Origin: Candidatus Woesebacteria bacterium
Lineage (GTDB): Bacteria; Patescibacteriota; Microgenomatia; UBA1400; UBA1396
Assembly: GCA_021208605.1 (NCBI GenBank)
Contig: JAJOJK010000017.1
Span: forward strand, 17,872 to 81,871
Reading direction: 5' to 3'
Length of the DNA: 64,000 bases
Part shown: positions 1-8,301 of the stretch, in pieces
How positions within the stretch are numbered: position 1 is the stretch's first letter
How the letters are laid out: the number at the start of each line of letters is the position of its first letter
The notes under the pieces: model-generated
Told to the model about the DNA's origin: nothing
The model's database searches: none
What the model saw: the letters and a program-made list of their open reading frames with translations, nothing else
Program-made: the position numbers and the translations under genes

Positions 1-259
1 GATGTTTGAGCCAAAATATAATGGCTGTCAGGTTTTTATCTCGAATAGCGGAGAGTAGTTGAGCTTCGGCCATGTCGTTGATAAATAGCTCGCCAGCCAC
101 AATGGCTTCTTCCGCTTCTTTGGCAAATGTTTTGTTTTGCTTTTTCCAGCGATAATAGGTTGAACGGGCAACTCCTGTTTTCTCGCAAGCCATCTGAACA
201 ATCGGTGTTTTCTTGAGCTGTTCGATGAGTAATTTCTTTAATTCTTCTGGCTTGCTCAT
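1..259 (-). CDS. Phage terminase-small-subunit-like / phBC6A51-type HTH protein (runs off window edge)
   Basis: Not in the ORF track. Translated by hand from the ATG at 259 (ATGA overlap with the upstream MTase stop): MSKPEELKKLLIEQLKKTPIVQMACEKTGVARSTYYRWKKQNKTFAKEAEEA...AIIFWLKH. HTH signature ACEKTGVARSTYYRW. Confidence 0.7.
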   Translation of the reverse strand, partial: MSKPEELKKLLIEQLKKTPIVQMACEKTGVARSTYYRWKKQNKTFAKEAEEAIVAGELFINDMAEAQLLSAIRDKNLTAIIFWLKH

Positions 260-1002
260 ATCTGCCTCGCTTTCTCGCCAGTAAGTTTTTCCCAACGATT
301 AATAATGGTTTGGCAATACTCAGGATCGAGTTCAACCATGAAGCACTTCCGTTTTGTTTGTTCACAGGCAATGAGCGTAGATCCCGATCCGCCAAAACAG
401 TCATAGACAACTTCGCCACGGTTACTACTGTTAAGAATGAGTCTCCGTAGCAGTCCAATTGGCTTCATAGTGGGATGGAGTACTGATTTGTTAGGCTTGG
501 GGTAAAACAAAACGCTCTTGTCTTTGGACTTCACGAACTTGTGTCTGCCGTGCCAGCCATAGGCAATAAGTTCGTGTTGGGGAAGGTAATCTAGTCGGCC
601 TACTACCGCACTGTTTTTGATCCAAATTAACAGCTGAGCAAACTTTATGTCTTCATCTGTAAATGCATCCTCTAGTGCAAAGAGCATCTTGTCACTGTTG
701 AAGACATAGAAGGCATTTTTGCTGGCTAGGAATTGTTTAACAACATGAATCCAGTCCTGCATGAACTGTTGGTACTGAGTGTTGGTTTGGGGCTGGTCGT
801 TAGCTATGATTTTTTGTTTAGCTACCGACTGCGTAAAATCTTGCTTATTTTCCACATATCCCACCCCGTAAGGTACATCCGTGAGAACGACATCGATCAG
901 TAGTTGGCCAACGAGTTTTTTGACTATCTGAGCATTTGTGGCATCTCCACAAATCAACCGATGTTCCCCAAGTACAAACAGGTCTCCAATATTTATTGAC
1001 AT
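256..1002 (-). CDS. DNA N4/N6 methyltransferase (beta class)
   Basis: Motif IV variant LTDVPYG precedes motif I DCFGGSGST; HPTMKP. Start moved to MSINIG at 1002, which has a GGAGGT SD. Confidence 0.85.
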   Translation of the reverse strand: MSINIGDLFVLGEHRLICGDATNAQIVKKLVGQLLIDVVLTDVPYGVGYVENKQDFTQSVAKQKIIANDQPQTNTQYQQFMQDWIHVVKQFLASKNAFYVFNSDKMLFALEDAFTDEDIKFAQLLIWIKNSAVVGRLDYLPQHELIAYGWHGRHKFVKSKDKSVLFYPKPNKSVLHPTMKPIGLLRRLILNSSNRGEVVYDCFGGSGSTLIACEQTKRKCFMVELDPEYCQTIINRWEKLTGEKARQI

Positions 1003-2264
1003 AGTTCTACCTCCTTGCCAGTAAGTTCTGTAAATCGCTTGATAATGAGATCGCAAAATATAGGATCAACTTCGCACAAGAACGCTCGTCGCTTAAGTTG
1101 TTCGCAAGCAATCAAGGTTGAACCTGAGCCGCCAAATAGATCTACGACTATATCCCCAGGTTTGGTGCACCTTCGAAGTGGTTTTTCATGCAGAGTTGGT
1201 GGCTTGGAAGTGGGGTGTTCATAGTCTTGACCAGGAAGTCGTTTCACCAACCAAAGATCAAGTAAATCGAGGATGTCATCCAATGTCCGATTTCCTGTGG
1301 CAACTTCCTTGTTGAGAACTTCGTTGAGATTGTTAATTGGTGCTAAGTATGGTTTGCCACGGGTGGCATACACACATGGTTCGTACGCTTTGTTGAAGGC
1401 CACCTGTGGAGTCATGTTGTGGTTGTTTTTGACCCACAGACAGACTCGCTTCAGATCGAGATTAAGATCCTGATAAGTTGACTGCACAAGACCGATCCAA
1501 TTTTGGTCGCACCATGTAAAAACGTGGCAATCTGGTGAAGCCACGCTAAGTGCATTGATTAAGATCTCTTGCAAGAAATTTTGGTACTCTGCAGAGCTTT
1601 TATTGTCCTGTTGGAAGTTACCGCCATACTTACCCTTAGTACTGATTCCTTTGTTGTAGTCCAGCGAGATGTTATATGGAGGATCTAGGTAGATCATCGA
1701 GGCTTGTTTTTTTCTGAGCAATCGTTTTACGCTTTCTACTTCTCGAGAGTCACCGCATAACAAATAGTGGTCTCCTAATTTGTAAAGGTCACCAGACTTA
1801 GTAGTAGGTATAGTAATTTCTTGTAACGTTTTTGCTTCATTAAAATGATCGTCTTCAATGGTCAAAACATCGTCCCAGACAGCAGAGAGATCCGAATCAT
1901 TGAAACCAACATCCAAGAGCATCTCGATATCAAATTGCTTTAAGAGCTCAAAATCCCATTGTCCGGTATTACGGTTTAAACGAAGGTTGAGTTCTTTTTC
2001 TCGTTCAACATCGGCAATGGAAACAAATAAGACCGGCACTTGTTCCATGCCAAGTTTTTTGGCTGCTGCCAAACGCATGTGTCCGCCAATGACCACGTTT
2101 TTGCGTTCTTCATGGTTATTGGCAATAACAGGATCAAGGAAACCAAACTTGTTTATACTCTCGCAAAGTTGCTTAAGAGCTTCCTCATCCCAAGTTCTGG
2201 GATTATATGGAGCGGGGTTAAGCTCCGAAATTGGTATGTAGTGTATGACGGGTGGTGTTTGCAT
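993..2264 (-). CDS. ParB/Srx N-terminal domain fused to DNA N4/N6 methyltransferase
   Basis: N-terminal ELNPAPYNPR and GGHMRL (ParBc), then YLDPPYN and DLFGGSGST. SD AAAGGAG before the ATG at 2264. Confidence 0.9.
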   Translation of the reverse strand: MQTPPVIHYIPISELNPAPYNPRTWDEEALKQLCESINKFGFLDPVIANNHEERKNVVIGGHMRLAAAKKLGMEQVPVLFVSIADVEREKELNLRLNRNTGQWDFELLKQFDIEMLLDVGFNDSDLSAVWDDVLTIEDDHFNEAKTLQEITIPTTKSGDLYKLGDHYLLCGDSREVESVKRLLRKKQASMIYLDPPYNISLDYNKGISTKGKYGGNFQQDNKSSAEYQNFLQEILINALSVASPDCHVFTWCDQNWIGLVQSTYQDLNLDLKRVCLWVKNNHNMTPQVAFNKAYEPCVYATRGKPYLAPINNLNEVLNKEVATGNRTLDDILDLLDLWLVKRLPGQDYEHPTSKPPTLHEKPLRRCTKPGDIVVDLFGGSGSTLIACEQLKRRAFLCEVDPIFCDLIIKRFTELTGKEVELCQ

Positions 2265-2310
2265 CGCGTCTCCTTTCATAAAGGAGAACGCGCTCACAGG
2301 GTGTGAAGAT

Positions 2311-2793
2311 TTAGCGTTGAGCCATAAACATTCGGTGACGTGGGGAATTATTTTGTTTCAAAATCTCAAGGAGTTGAGGCATTTGCGATTGGTGATACCA
2401 AACAGTGCCAGATTCTCTCAGGGTATTCACCAAACCTTTTCTTTCCCAGTTTCTTAAAGTGTCAACATGTATGCCCAAAACAGATGCAACTTGTTTTCGA
2501 GTGAAGAGTTTGTCCCTCTGACGTTTATTTTTGACTGAATGAGTTTTTAGCTTGGAGATAAGCTCGGGCGAGTATGGAAAATGCCACGCTTCGTTTTTGT
2601 GCCCAGATCGAGCAGAAACATAAGGTAGTTTGACTGCACCAAATTTCCCTTTCGATGCATATCTGCGCAAAGTTGCTACTGAAATATTCGTCAAAGCTGA
2701 GAGTGAGGGGATGAGTAAATATTTTTTGTCTTGATAGTAAACAATACATTCTTCTGCATTTTTTTTCTCTGGCAAATTTTTTTTGCAACTCAT
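2311..2793 (-). CDS. MerR/excisionase-like tandem HTH DNA-binding protein (possibly the C-terminal part of the upstream ORF)
   Basis: SLSALTNISVATLRRY and TRKQVASVLGIHVDTLRNWERKG HTH motifs. Confidence 0.7.
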   Translation of the reverse strand: MSCKKNLPEKKNAEECIVYYQDKKYLLIPSLSALTNISVATLRRYASKGKFGAVKLPYVSARSGHKNEAWHFPYSPELISKLKTHSVKNKRQRDKLFTRKQVASVLGIHVDTLRNWERKGLVNTLRESGTVWYHQSQMPQLLEILKQNNSPRHRMFMAQR

Positions 2794-3424
2794 GGCAAGC
2801 TTTTCGGATCAAATCTCGCAGGATAAGTCCAAGTCTAAAAAAGAACTTTTTCAGTGAAACCAATAAATTATCTTCATCTAAAGGAGACCGTTTATCTGCT
2901 TGATCGAGTGCTTCTAAGAAATGAGTAGCAAACTCGATCCGAGCTGATTTGTTTCGGCTTAGGTCATTCATCCGACAAAAAAGCCGGAATTCTTTGGGAT
3001 ATAGGTGACTTAGTGCCATTACATCTGATTCTGTACCGTCTCTAGCACGATGAAGCTGATGGTATTCAGCCAAAAGAAATGAAACAACGAAGTTTTGTAC
3101 ATGTTGCCAAATATTTTTGAAAAATTCTGGCCAACGTATTGATTTGAAAAAGTTTACGAGTTTGTCATACGCCTCCCGCATTATTTTTATCCAGTTTCGA
3201 TACGTTTCCAATGCTTGGTCAATTGCTCTAAAAGTTTGTTGTGCCATCTCCACAGCTTGAAAAATACTCGGCTTAAGACTTTGAATTGTTTCAATGGCCT
3301 GAAAAATAGGGTGGCGGTAGTTATCAAAAACAGATGACAAGAGTGTTTTGGCTTTCTCTTGTTCTTCCTCAATGATCTTCGCCACAAATGTTGAAGCTGG
3401 TCTTTCTTGAGTAGTGCTTTCCAT
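2525..3424 (-). CDS. Hypothetical helical protein, probably fused to the HTH ORF via a frameshift at A8 tracts (2759-2784)
   Basis: Long ORF whose C-terminal part overlaps the HTH ORF by 269 nt, starting at two A8 runs. Confidence 0.5.
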   Translation of the reverse strand: MESTTQERPASTFVAKIIEEEQEKAKTLLSSVFDNYRHPIFQAIETIQSLKPSIFQAVEMAQQTFRAIDQALETYRNWIKIMREAYDKLVNFFKSIRWPEFFKNIWQHVQNFVVSFLLAEYHQLHRARDGTESDVMALSHLYPKEFRLFCRMNDLSRNKSARIEFATHFLEALDQADKRSPLDEDNLLVSLKKFFFRLGLILRDLIRKACHELQKKFAREKKCRRMYCLLSRQKIFTHPLTLSFDEYFSSNFAQICIEREIWCSQTTLCFCSIWAQKRSVAFSILARAYLQAKNSFSQK

Positions 3425-3471
3425 TATTAGCAATCACTCTACCATAGTTGCCAAAAACCCAAAAGAAGCAC

Positions 3472-3502
3472 AAAAACACACCCCGAGTAGAGGTGTATTT
3501 TT
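3472..3502 (-). terminator. Intrinsic terminator after the DUF4352 gene
   Basis: AAAAATACACCTCTACTCGGGGTGTGTTTTT hairpin plus T-tract on the minus strand. Confidence 0.65.
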
Positions 3503-3518
3503 GAGAGTAAGTTGGTGT

Positions 3519-4106
3519 TTACTCTGAGAGTTCAACTTCTGCTGGAGTTGCGAAGAGTCCACCACGCAGTTCTATCATGAGACCCTCTGCAGTTTCTGGT
3601 ACGTCGAAGACGATTTCGCCGTTCACACTCAGTCCTGGTTGGACTTGCTGGAGGAAGAGATCGACTTGTCCTTGAGAGAGACCCTTGGCTGTTTGCCCGT
3701 CTATTGATCGCTCGAAGGTGCGTCCTTCGCTATCTGTGAGCTTGATCATCGAGCTGTCGATAGTCTTTGTCTCTTTACCGACATTCTCAATCTTGAGTGA
3801 CACTACCTTAAATACTCCCTGAGCATCCTTTGATGTAAAGGAGTTGCCAAGACTTTGGTATTCCTTAACACCGTTGACAGTAAAGGCGAGGTCTCCACTT
3901 TGGACTGTTTCTCCGATCTTTGCAGTAACAACCTCTTTATCTTGCTGTTCTTGTTGGGCACCTGAATTCCCATTGTTAGAGGTGTTACTTGCACTGTCTC
4001 CACCAGAGGCACTGACTACAACTACGAGAATAATCACTACCAGTATGCCAGTAAGGAACTTATGGCGAATGAACCAGTTACCCTTCTTTTCTTGATCTTT
4101 AGACAT
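3519..4106 (-). CDS. DUF4352-type membrane-anchored Ig-like protein
   Basis: N-terminal TM (ILVVIILVVVVS), low-complexity linker, AKIGETV...VSLKIENVGKE...LTDSEGRTF...QPGLSVNGEIVFDVP. SD AAAGG. Confidence 0.75.
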   Translation of the reverse strand: MSKDQEKKGNWFIRHKFLTGILVVIILVVVVSASGGDSASNTSNNGNSGAQQEQQDKEVVTAKIGETVQSGDLAFTVNGVKEYQSLGNSFTSKDAQGVFKVVSLKIENVGKETKTIDSSMIKLTDSEGRTFERSIDGQTAKGLSQGQVDLFLQQVQPGLSVNGEIVFDVPETAEGLMIELRGGLFATPAEVELSE

Positions 4107-4108
4107 AT

Positions 4109-4312
4109 TTCCTTTCTTATTTACCAGAAGCAAGCATGGGCTCAGCTGTAGAGATGTGGATGGCTCACCAAAACAACGTACCGATTGTCACTATCTCACC
4201 TATGAAAGCTAATTGGGTTGTGAAACTCTTATCAAAGGCAGTATATACAGACCTTGAAGAATTTCTATCTTCATTCAACGCAGAAATTTTGAATTCATTA
4301 AAGATGAGTTAA
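4109..4312 (+). pseudogene. 5'-truncated remnant of a nucleoside 2-deoxyribosyltransferase-like gene
   Basis: Hand translation FLSYLPEASMGSAVEMWMAHQNNVPIVTISPMKANWVVKLLS...; the S-x-G-(S/T)-x-x-E-x-x-x-A motif is NDT-like. In-frame TAG at 4100 and no N-terminal half. Confidence 0.6.
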
Positions 4313-4903
4313 GTGGTCAGTGCCTGCTAGAAGTTTCAACGCATAATTACTGTTTGTTGAGTTATATTCAATAATAGTTAGTGAACACTCGAAAACATTG
4401 CTGTCTTTTGTTTTTGAAAAGTCTGGAAGAGCTTCATCTAGTGTTTTGCTATCAAAAACATTTAAAACAAAGTCAGTGATTACTCCACCATGTGTTATTA
4501 GTGCAATGTGCTCTTGAGTACCATCATGTGTTTCAATTACTTGCTGAATACGTTTTCCCGCATTACGAGATGAATCACCTACTGGTGGGGTCCAGTCACG
4601 TTCTAAACTAGCTTTTTCCCACATCGCCAAGAAATCTTCAAATGACTGTTCTGGGTCATCTCCCCAATTTACGCGCTCTCGTAGCAACGGCTCCGTTTCT
4701 ATACGAAACCCCGTTTTATCTGCCAAATATTTTGCGGTTTGTTGTGTTCTTAAGATAGGACTTGCAATTATTTGTTGTAGCGGGTGGTTAGACATATATT
4801 CAGCCGTAGCTATAGCCTGAGCGACACCTTTTTCCGACAGAGGAGGGTCACCAATAGTTTTAACTTTATCCCCGTGGCGAATTAAATAAAAAGTTTTATT
4901 CAT
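4298..4903 (-). CDS. Histidine phosphatase (phosphoglycerate mutase) family protein
   Basis: LIRHGDK, ASPILRTQQTA, ITHGG motifs. Confidence 0.9.
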   Translation of the reverse strand: MNKTFYLIRHGDKVKTIGDPPLSEKGVAQAIATAEYMSNHPLQQIIASPILRTQQTAKYLADKTGFRIETEPLLRERVNWGDDPEQSFEDFLAMWEKASLERDWTPPVGDSSRNAGKRIQQVIETHDGTQEHIALITHGGVITDFVLNVFDSKTLDEALPDFSKTKDSNVFECSLTIIEYNSTNSNYALKLLAGTDHLTHL

Positions 4904-4975
4904 AAGAGAAAATATATCATAAATAGTAACGATATTCCCTACGGGTTTTTATTGGATGATGGTAAAATACAAATC

Positions 4976-5698
4976 ATGAAACAACAAGCAATTTATAGAG
5001 ATTTAGCAAAGTATTACAACCTCATTTACTCTTTCAAAAATTACGAGGCTGAATCAGAAAAAATAAAAGAATTAATTGCTAAACATTGCAAGTCAACAGG
5101 AACAGCTCTTCTGGAAGCAGGTTGTGGAACAGGTAAACACGCTGCTCTCTTAAACAAAGATTTTGACGTTGTTGCTACTGATATTAATGAAGGCATGTTG
5201 AATGTTGCTCGTTCTCATTTCCCAAGCCTTGATATCCGCCAAGCAGATATGAGCCAGCTTAACTTTGAACAAGAATTTGACGTAATTATTAGCCTTTACA
5301 GCTCTATTGCATACGTAAAAACTCAAGTAAAACTAAAAAAGACTTTACAGGGTTTCTTCAAACATTTGAAAGTTGGTGGTTTGGTAATTTTTGAACCTTG
5401 GTTCACGAAAGAAACGTATACCGTGGGAGTTCCAAGCGTAAAAACATATGAATCAGAAGACACCAAGATTGTTCGTGCTTGTGTTCCCAAGATTATTAAT
5501 GGTGTTTCTATTATGGACTTAAACTACCTTATCGCTGAGAAAAATCAAGAGGTTCAACACGTCATTGACCGTCACGAAATGGGACTCTTTGAAATTGAAG
5601 ATACCTTACAACTGATGAAAGATATTGGTTTTAAGGCAAAGTACCTCAAAAACGGTTTAATGAAAAACCGTGGATTGTATATCGGCGTTAAAAAATAA
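4976..5698 (+). CDS. Class I SAM-dependent methyltransferase
   Basis: LLEAGCGTG motif I, ADM and LKVGG motifs. Confidence 0.85.
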   Translation: MKQQAIYRDLAKYYNLIYSFKNYEAESEKIKELIAKHCKSTGTALLEAGCGTGKHAALLNKDFDVVATDINEGMLNVARSHFPSLDIRQADMSQLNFEQEFDVIISLYSSIAYVKTQVKLKKTLQGFFKHLKVGGLVIFEPWFTKETYTVGVPSVKTYESEDTKIVRACVPKIINGVSIMDLNYLIAEKNQEVQHVIDRHEMGLFEIEDTLQLMKDIGFKAKYLKNGLMKNRGLYIGVKK

Positions 5699-5956
5699 TG
5701 TATCAAAATACATCATTTTAAAAACAAGACATTCCCTTTTTATAGTGTCCCATTTGTCCCGTTTTTGCTAAAATTACCCTGGAAGCTCAATTCTTGAATG
5801 GGACAGTTATAACGACGCACGGGTTCCAGACCCACCACCTCCGCAACAATCGAAAAGTTCTGACAGACCCGTCCTTTTAGTCAATTAAGATCGGTATTGC
5901 TTGCTAAAAAACGCTGAAAACAACAAATGTCAATTTAACAGCCTAGTAAGAAAACT

Positions 5957-6436
5957 ATGAGTATTTTCGAAAATATTCTCCAAATCCTTGAAAAATCTGA
6001 TATTCCATACAAATTGATTGAACATGAGCCAGTTTTTACTATGGAACAGGCGGCTGAAATTTGTAATCATAAACCTGAACAAGGAGTAAAAACACTTCTT
6101 ACTAAACTCTATACAACGAAACGTCAGTTTGAATACTGGCTCATTGTTTGGCAAGGAGATGAGCAAATTCCTTTTACTGATATATGTTCCAAGCTAGATT
6201 TCAAGAGGAGTAAATTAGCACGACCTGAAGAAGTTATCGATATACTCGGAATCGAAATTGGAGCCCTAGCACCATTTGGATACGATACTGAATACCTAGT
6301 CATTTTCGATAAAAGACTTCTGGAGCAAGAACAGGTGTTTATCAATGCGGGCGTGCATGACAAAACGATTGCTCTTGCCCCAGATGATTTACAAACAGCA
6401 GTGGAACAAAATGCTCTCAGGTTCATTTTGAGTTAA
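5957..6436 (+). CDS. YbaK/ProX aminoacyl-tRNA deacylase (trans-editing) family protein
   Basis: EHEPVFT, GVKTLL, GALAPFG, INAG motifs. Confidence 0.85.
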   Translation: MSIFENILQILEKSDIPYKLIEHEPVFTMEQAAEICNHKPEQGVKTLLTKLYTTKRQFEYWLIVWQGDEQIPFTDICSKLDFKRSKLARPEEVIDILGIEIGALAPFGYDTEYLVIFDKRLLEQEQVFINAGVHDKTIALAPDDLQTAVEQNALRFILS

Positions 6437-6657
6437 CGATTTTGCATCGAACCATCATTCTGCTCTACTTTATATACTTTTTTTGTCCACCCATTGGCAT
6501 AGATCACCTTATCTTGCCAAAGATAAATGATAGCAAAGTTGTCTGGACGACCAACTTTTCCCCAATAAGAAGCATCGGCAGGAACATCCTTACCAACCAG
6601 ATTTATAGACTTTTCTTCCTCGCCTTGTGGAGGAAATTGTTGAGGTATTTCTTTCAT
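6433..6657 (-). CDS. 74-aa hypothetical protein downstream of the T-box
   Basis: ATG at 6657 with SD-like GAAAGGAAAGGT; MKEIPQQFPPQGEEEK... No recognisable motif. Confidence 0.55.
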   Translation of the reverse strand: MKEIPQQFPPQGEEEKSINLVGKDVPADASYWGKVGRPDNFAIIYLWQDKVIYANGWTKKVYKVEQNDGSMQNR

Positions 6658-6680
6658 ACCTTTCCTTTCTGTAGGTGAGG

Positions 6681-6931
6681 AAACACAAAAACGCCCCTTC
6701 ACCTACAAATATTTTGTAGACAAAGGGGCATTCTCAATATGATGCAAAACGCGGTACCACCCTTATTCAGTATGTTGTTACCAACACACACTTTGTAACT
6801 TGCTCAGTTGCTCTTATGAGTGACACAAGTCTGGAAGTTACGGATGCCAGCCGATCTCGATTTTGCGAGATTCCGCTCTTGAATTTTGTCATTCAAGATT
6901 ATGAGGCGCGACTCTCATTGATTGCGGATTG
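6681..6931 (-). promoter_or_regulatory. T-box riboswitch (transcriptional, atypical Stem I)
   Basis: AATAAGGGTGGTACCGCG at 6750-6767; 3' antiterminator arm GCCCCTT; terminator GCCCCTT...AAGGGGC-GTTTTT (6681-6729); Stem III hairpin; F-box-like CCGTAAC. Confidence 0.85.
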
Positions 6932-6937
6932 AGGTGA

Positions 6938-6966
6938 ATTATATTGGCAGCAATTCAGTCTGTCAA
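6938..6966 (-). promoter_or_regulatory. Consensus sigma70 promoter of the T-box leader
   Basis: TTGACA (6961-6966), 17-nt spacer, TATAAT (6938-6943) on the minus strand. Confidence 0.85.
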
Positions 6967-7034
6967 ATATTGCATATGTTCGAGACATTTAGAATCGAGC
7001 TATAATTAAAAACAAATAAATTTTGCAACAAATT

Positions 7035-7538
7035 ATGAGGTTTGAAATACGCCAATATCAGCTCGAAGATACACCTAAAGTCGTCCAGCTCATGAGTAAG
7101 TTACAAGATTTTTTTGTTGAAATTGATACTCATCAGGAACTCAAATCATTTGATTCACTGCAAACAGCAAAAGATTATATTGATCAAGCAATAAAAGATA
7201 CTACCGATATGAACGGGGTAGTTTTCATAGCTGAAAGTGAACATGGTGAGATAGTTGGCTTCATTCAAGGTATCATTAATAGCCATGAGGATGAAGTGAT
7301 GCACAACCTCACTCATCAACAAGGAAAAGATGGCTGGATAGGATTATTGATTGTTGATGAAAAATATCGTAATCAAGGTATTGGGAAACAATTACTACTG
7401 CGCATAAGTGTTTTTTTTGATAAAGCTGGTTGTAGTTCAATACGCCTGAAAGTTGCTAGTAATAACACTCATGCCATTGAAGTTTATAAGAGTTTAGGAT
7501 TTGCTGAACGTGATATTGAGTTGGCTCGTAAGTTGTGA
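7035..7538 (+). CDS. GNAT family acetyltransferase
   Basis: VDEKYRNQGIGKQLL motif A; NTHAIEVYKSLGF motif B. Confidence 0.9.
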   Translation: MRFEIRQYQLEDTPKVVQLMSKLQDFFVEIDTHQELKSFDSLQTAKDYIDQAIKDTTDMNGVVFIAESEHGEIVGFIQGIINSHEDEVMHNLTHQQGKDGWIGLLIVDEKYRNQGIGKQLLLRISVFFDKAGCSSIRLKVASNNTHAIEVYKSLGFAERDIELARKL

Positions 7539-7617
7539 AACAGGAGCCTCGCAACACCCTCAAATATAAGCTAAAATAGCGGGGCTACCAGATCTGGTGA
7601 GAATCCCGTCCTCCTTG

Positions 7618-8196
7618 CTACCCAGACTCTAATGCCTTTCGCCACTCGCGATCATTATAATACCCGCGGTCATCACAAATTTTTCGTAAATGCTGGATAA
7701 GCACAGAATTCATGTTCGGAGAAAAGTCTTTTGGAAGATTTTGAAAAATATTCGCCTCTTCCGGCGTTATATCATCAAAGGCATTATTCCCCAAAATCGT
7801 GGGGAGGTTTTCACTCGTAGACTGTATTGTCGCCTCGAAATTACCCACCGAACCCCATAGTCTTTGCGATGTTCTCTTTTCCGTGCTCACTGCTTTTTTC
7901 ATTAGATCAAGATGGCGATGATAGGCAGCTTGAATTATTTTGCGCTTATTCTCATCGTTCAAAGTACTGAAACATTTCCGTAACAACAACCCACCTTCGC
8001 GTGGCGTCAAAGAGAAAGTAGTACAAAGATACTGCACATACATAGTATGCGCATCGATGGAGCCAGCCCCCACCATAAAACTTTGGATAACGATGCTGAT
8101 TTTATCCGCATCAGACAGTGTCTCAAGCACTTCCTGCACTTTTCGAGATTCTTGTTGATTGATTGAAACTTCCTGCTCGTACTGTGGTCGCGCCAT
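7618..8196 (-). CDS. Hypothetical protein
   Basis: 192-aa ORF filling the gap between neighbours; no motif recognised. Confidence 0.6.
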   Translation of the reverse strand: MARPQYEQEVSINQQESRKVQEVLETLSDADKISIVIQSFMVGAGSIDAHTMYVQYLCTTFSLTPREGGLLLRKCFSTLNDENKRKIIQAAYHRHLDLMKKAVSTEKRTSQRLWGSVGNFEATIQSTSENLPTILGNNAFDDITPEEANIFQNLPKDFSPNMNSVLIQHLRKICDDRGYYNDREWRKALESG

Positions 8197-8301
8197 ACTA
8201 GGTAATCATACAGATATGATGTAAAAAGTTCCAATTTTGTTCTACGCTCTCCGCTCTTGAGAATAGACTTTGTTACCTGGGAACTTTGCTATACTTTCCG
8301 T

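Larger units (their letters stand above)
1..4110 (-). mobile_element. End of a prophage-like/integrated element
   Basis: Co-oriented ParB-MTase, MTase, terminase-small-like HTH and MerR/excisionase-like HTH genes. A truncated gene remnant begins at about 4109. No integrase is present in the window. Confidence 0.5.

Noticed and set aside
36-458. 140-aa ORF from the track
   Set aside because: It overlaps the MTase 3' end and the better-supported HTH gene in another frame.
3427-3454. Third CIRCE (TTAGCAATC...TTGCCAA)
   Set aside because: The right arm needs a 10-nt spacer or gap and matches poorly; the context is not heat-shock related.
7589-7600. Palindrome ACCAGATCTGGT as a regulatory site
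   Set aside because: Single occurrence between convergent genes, with no supporting context.
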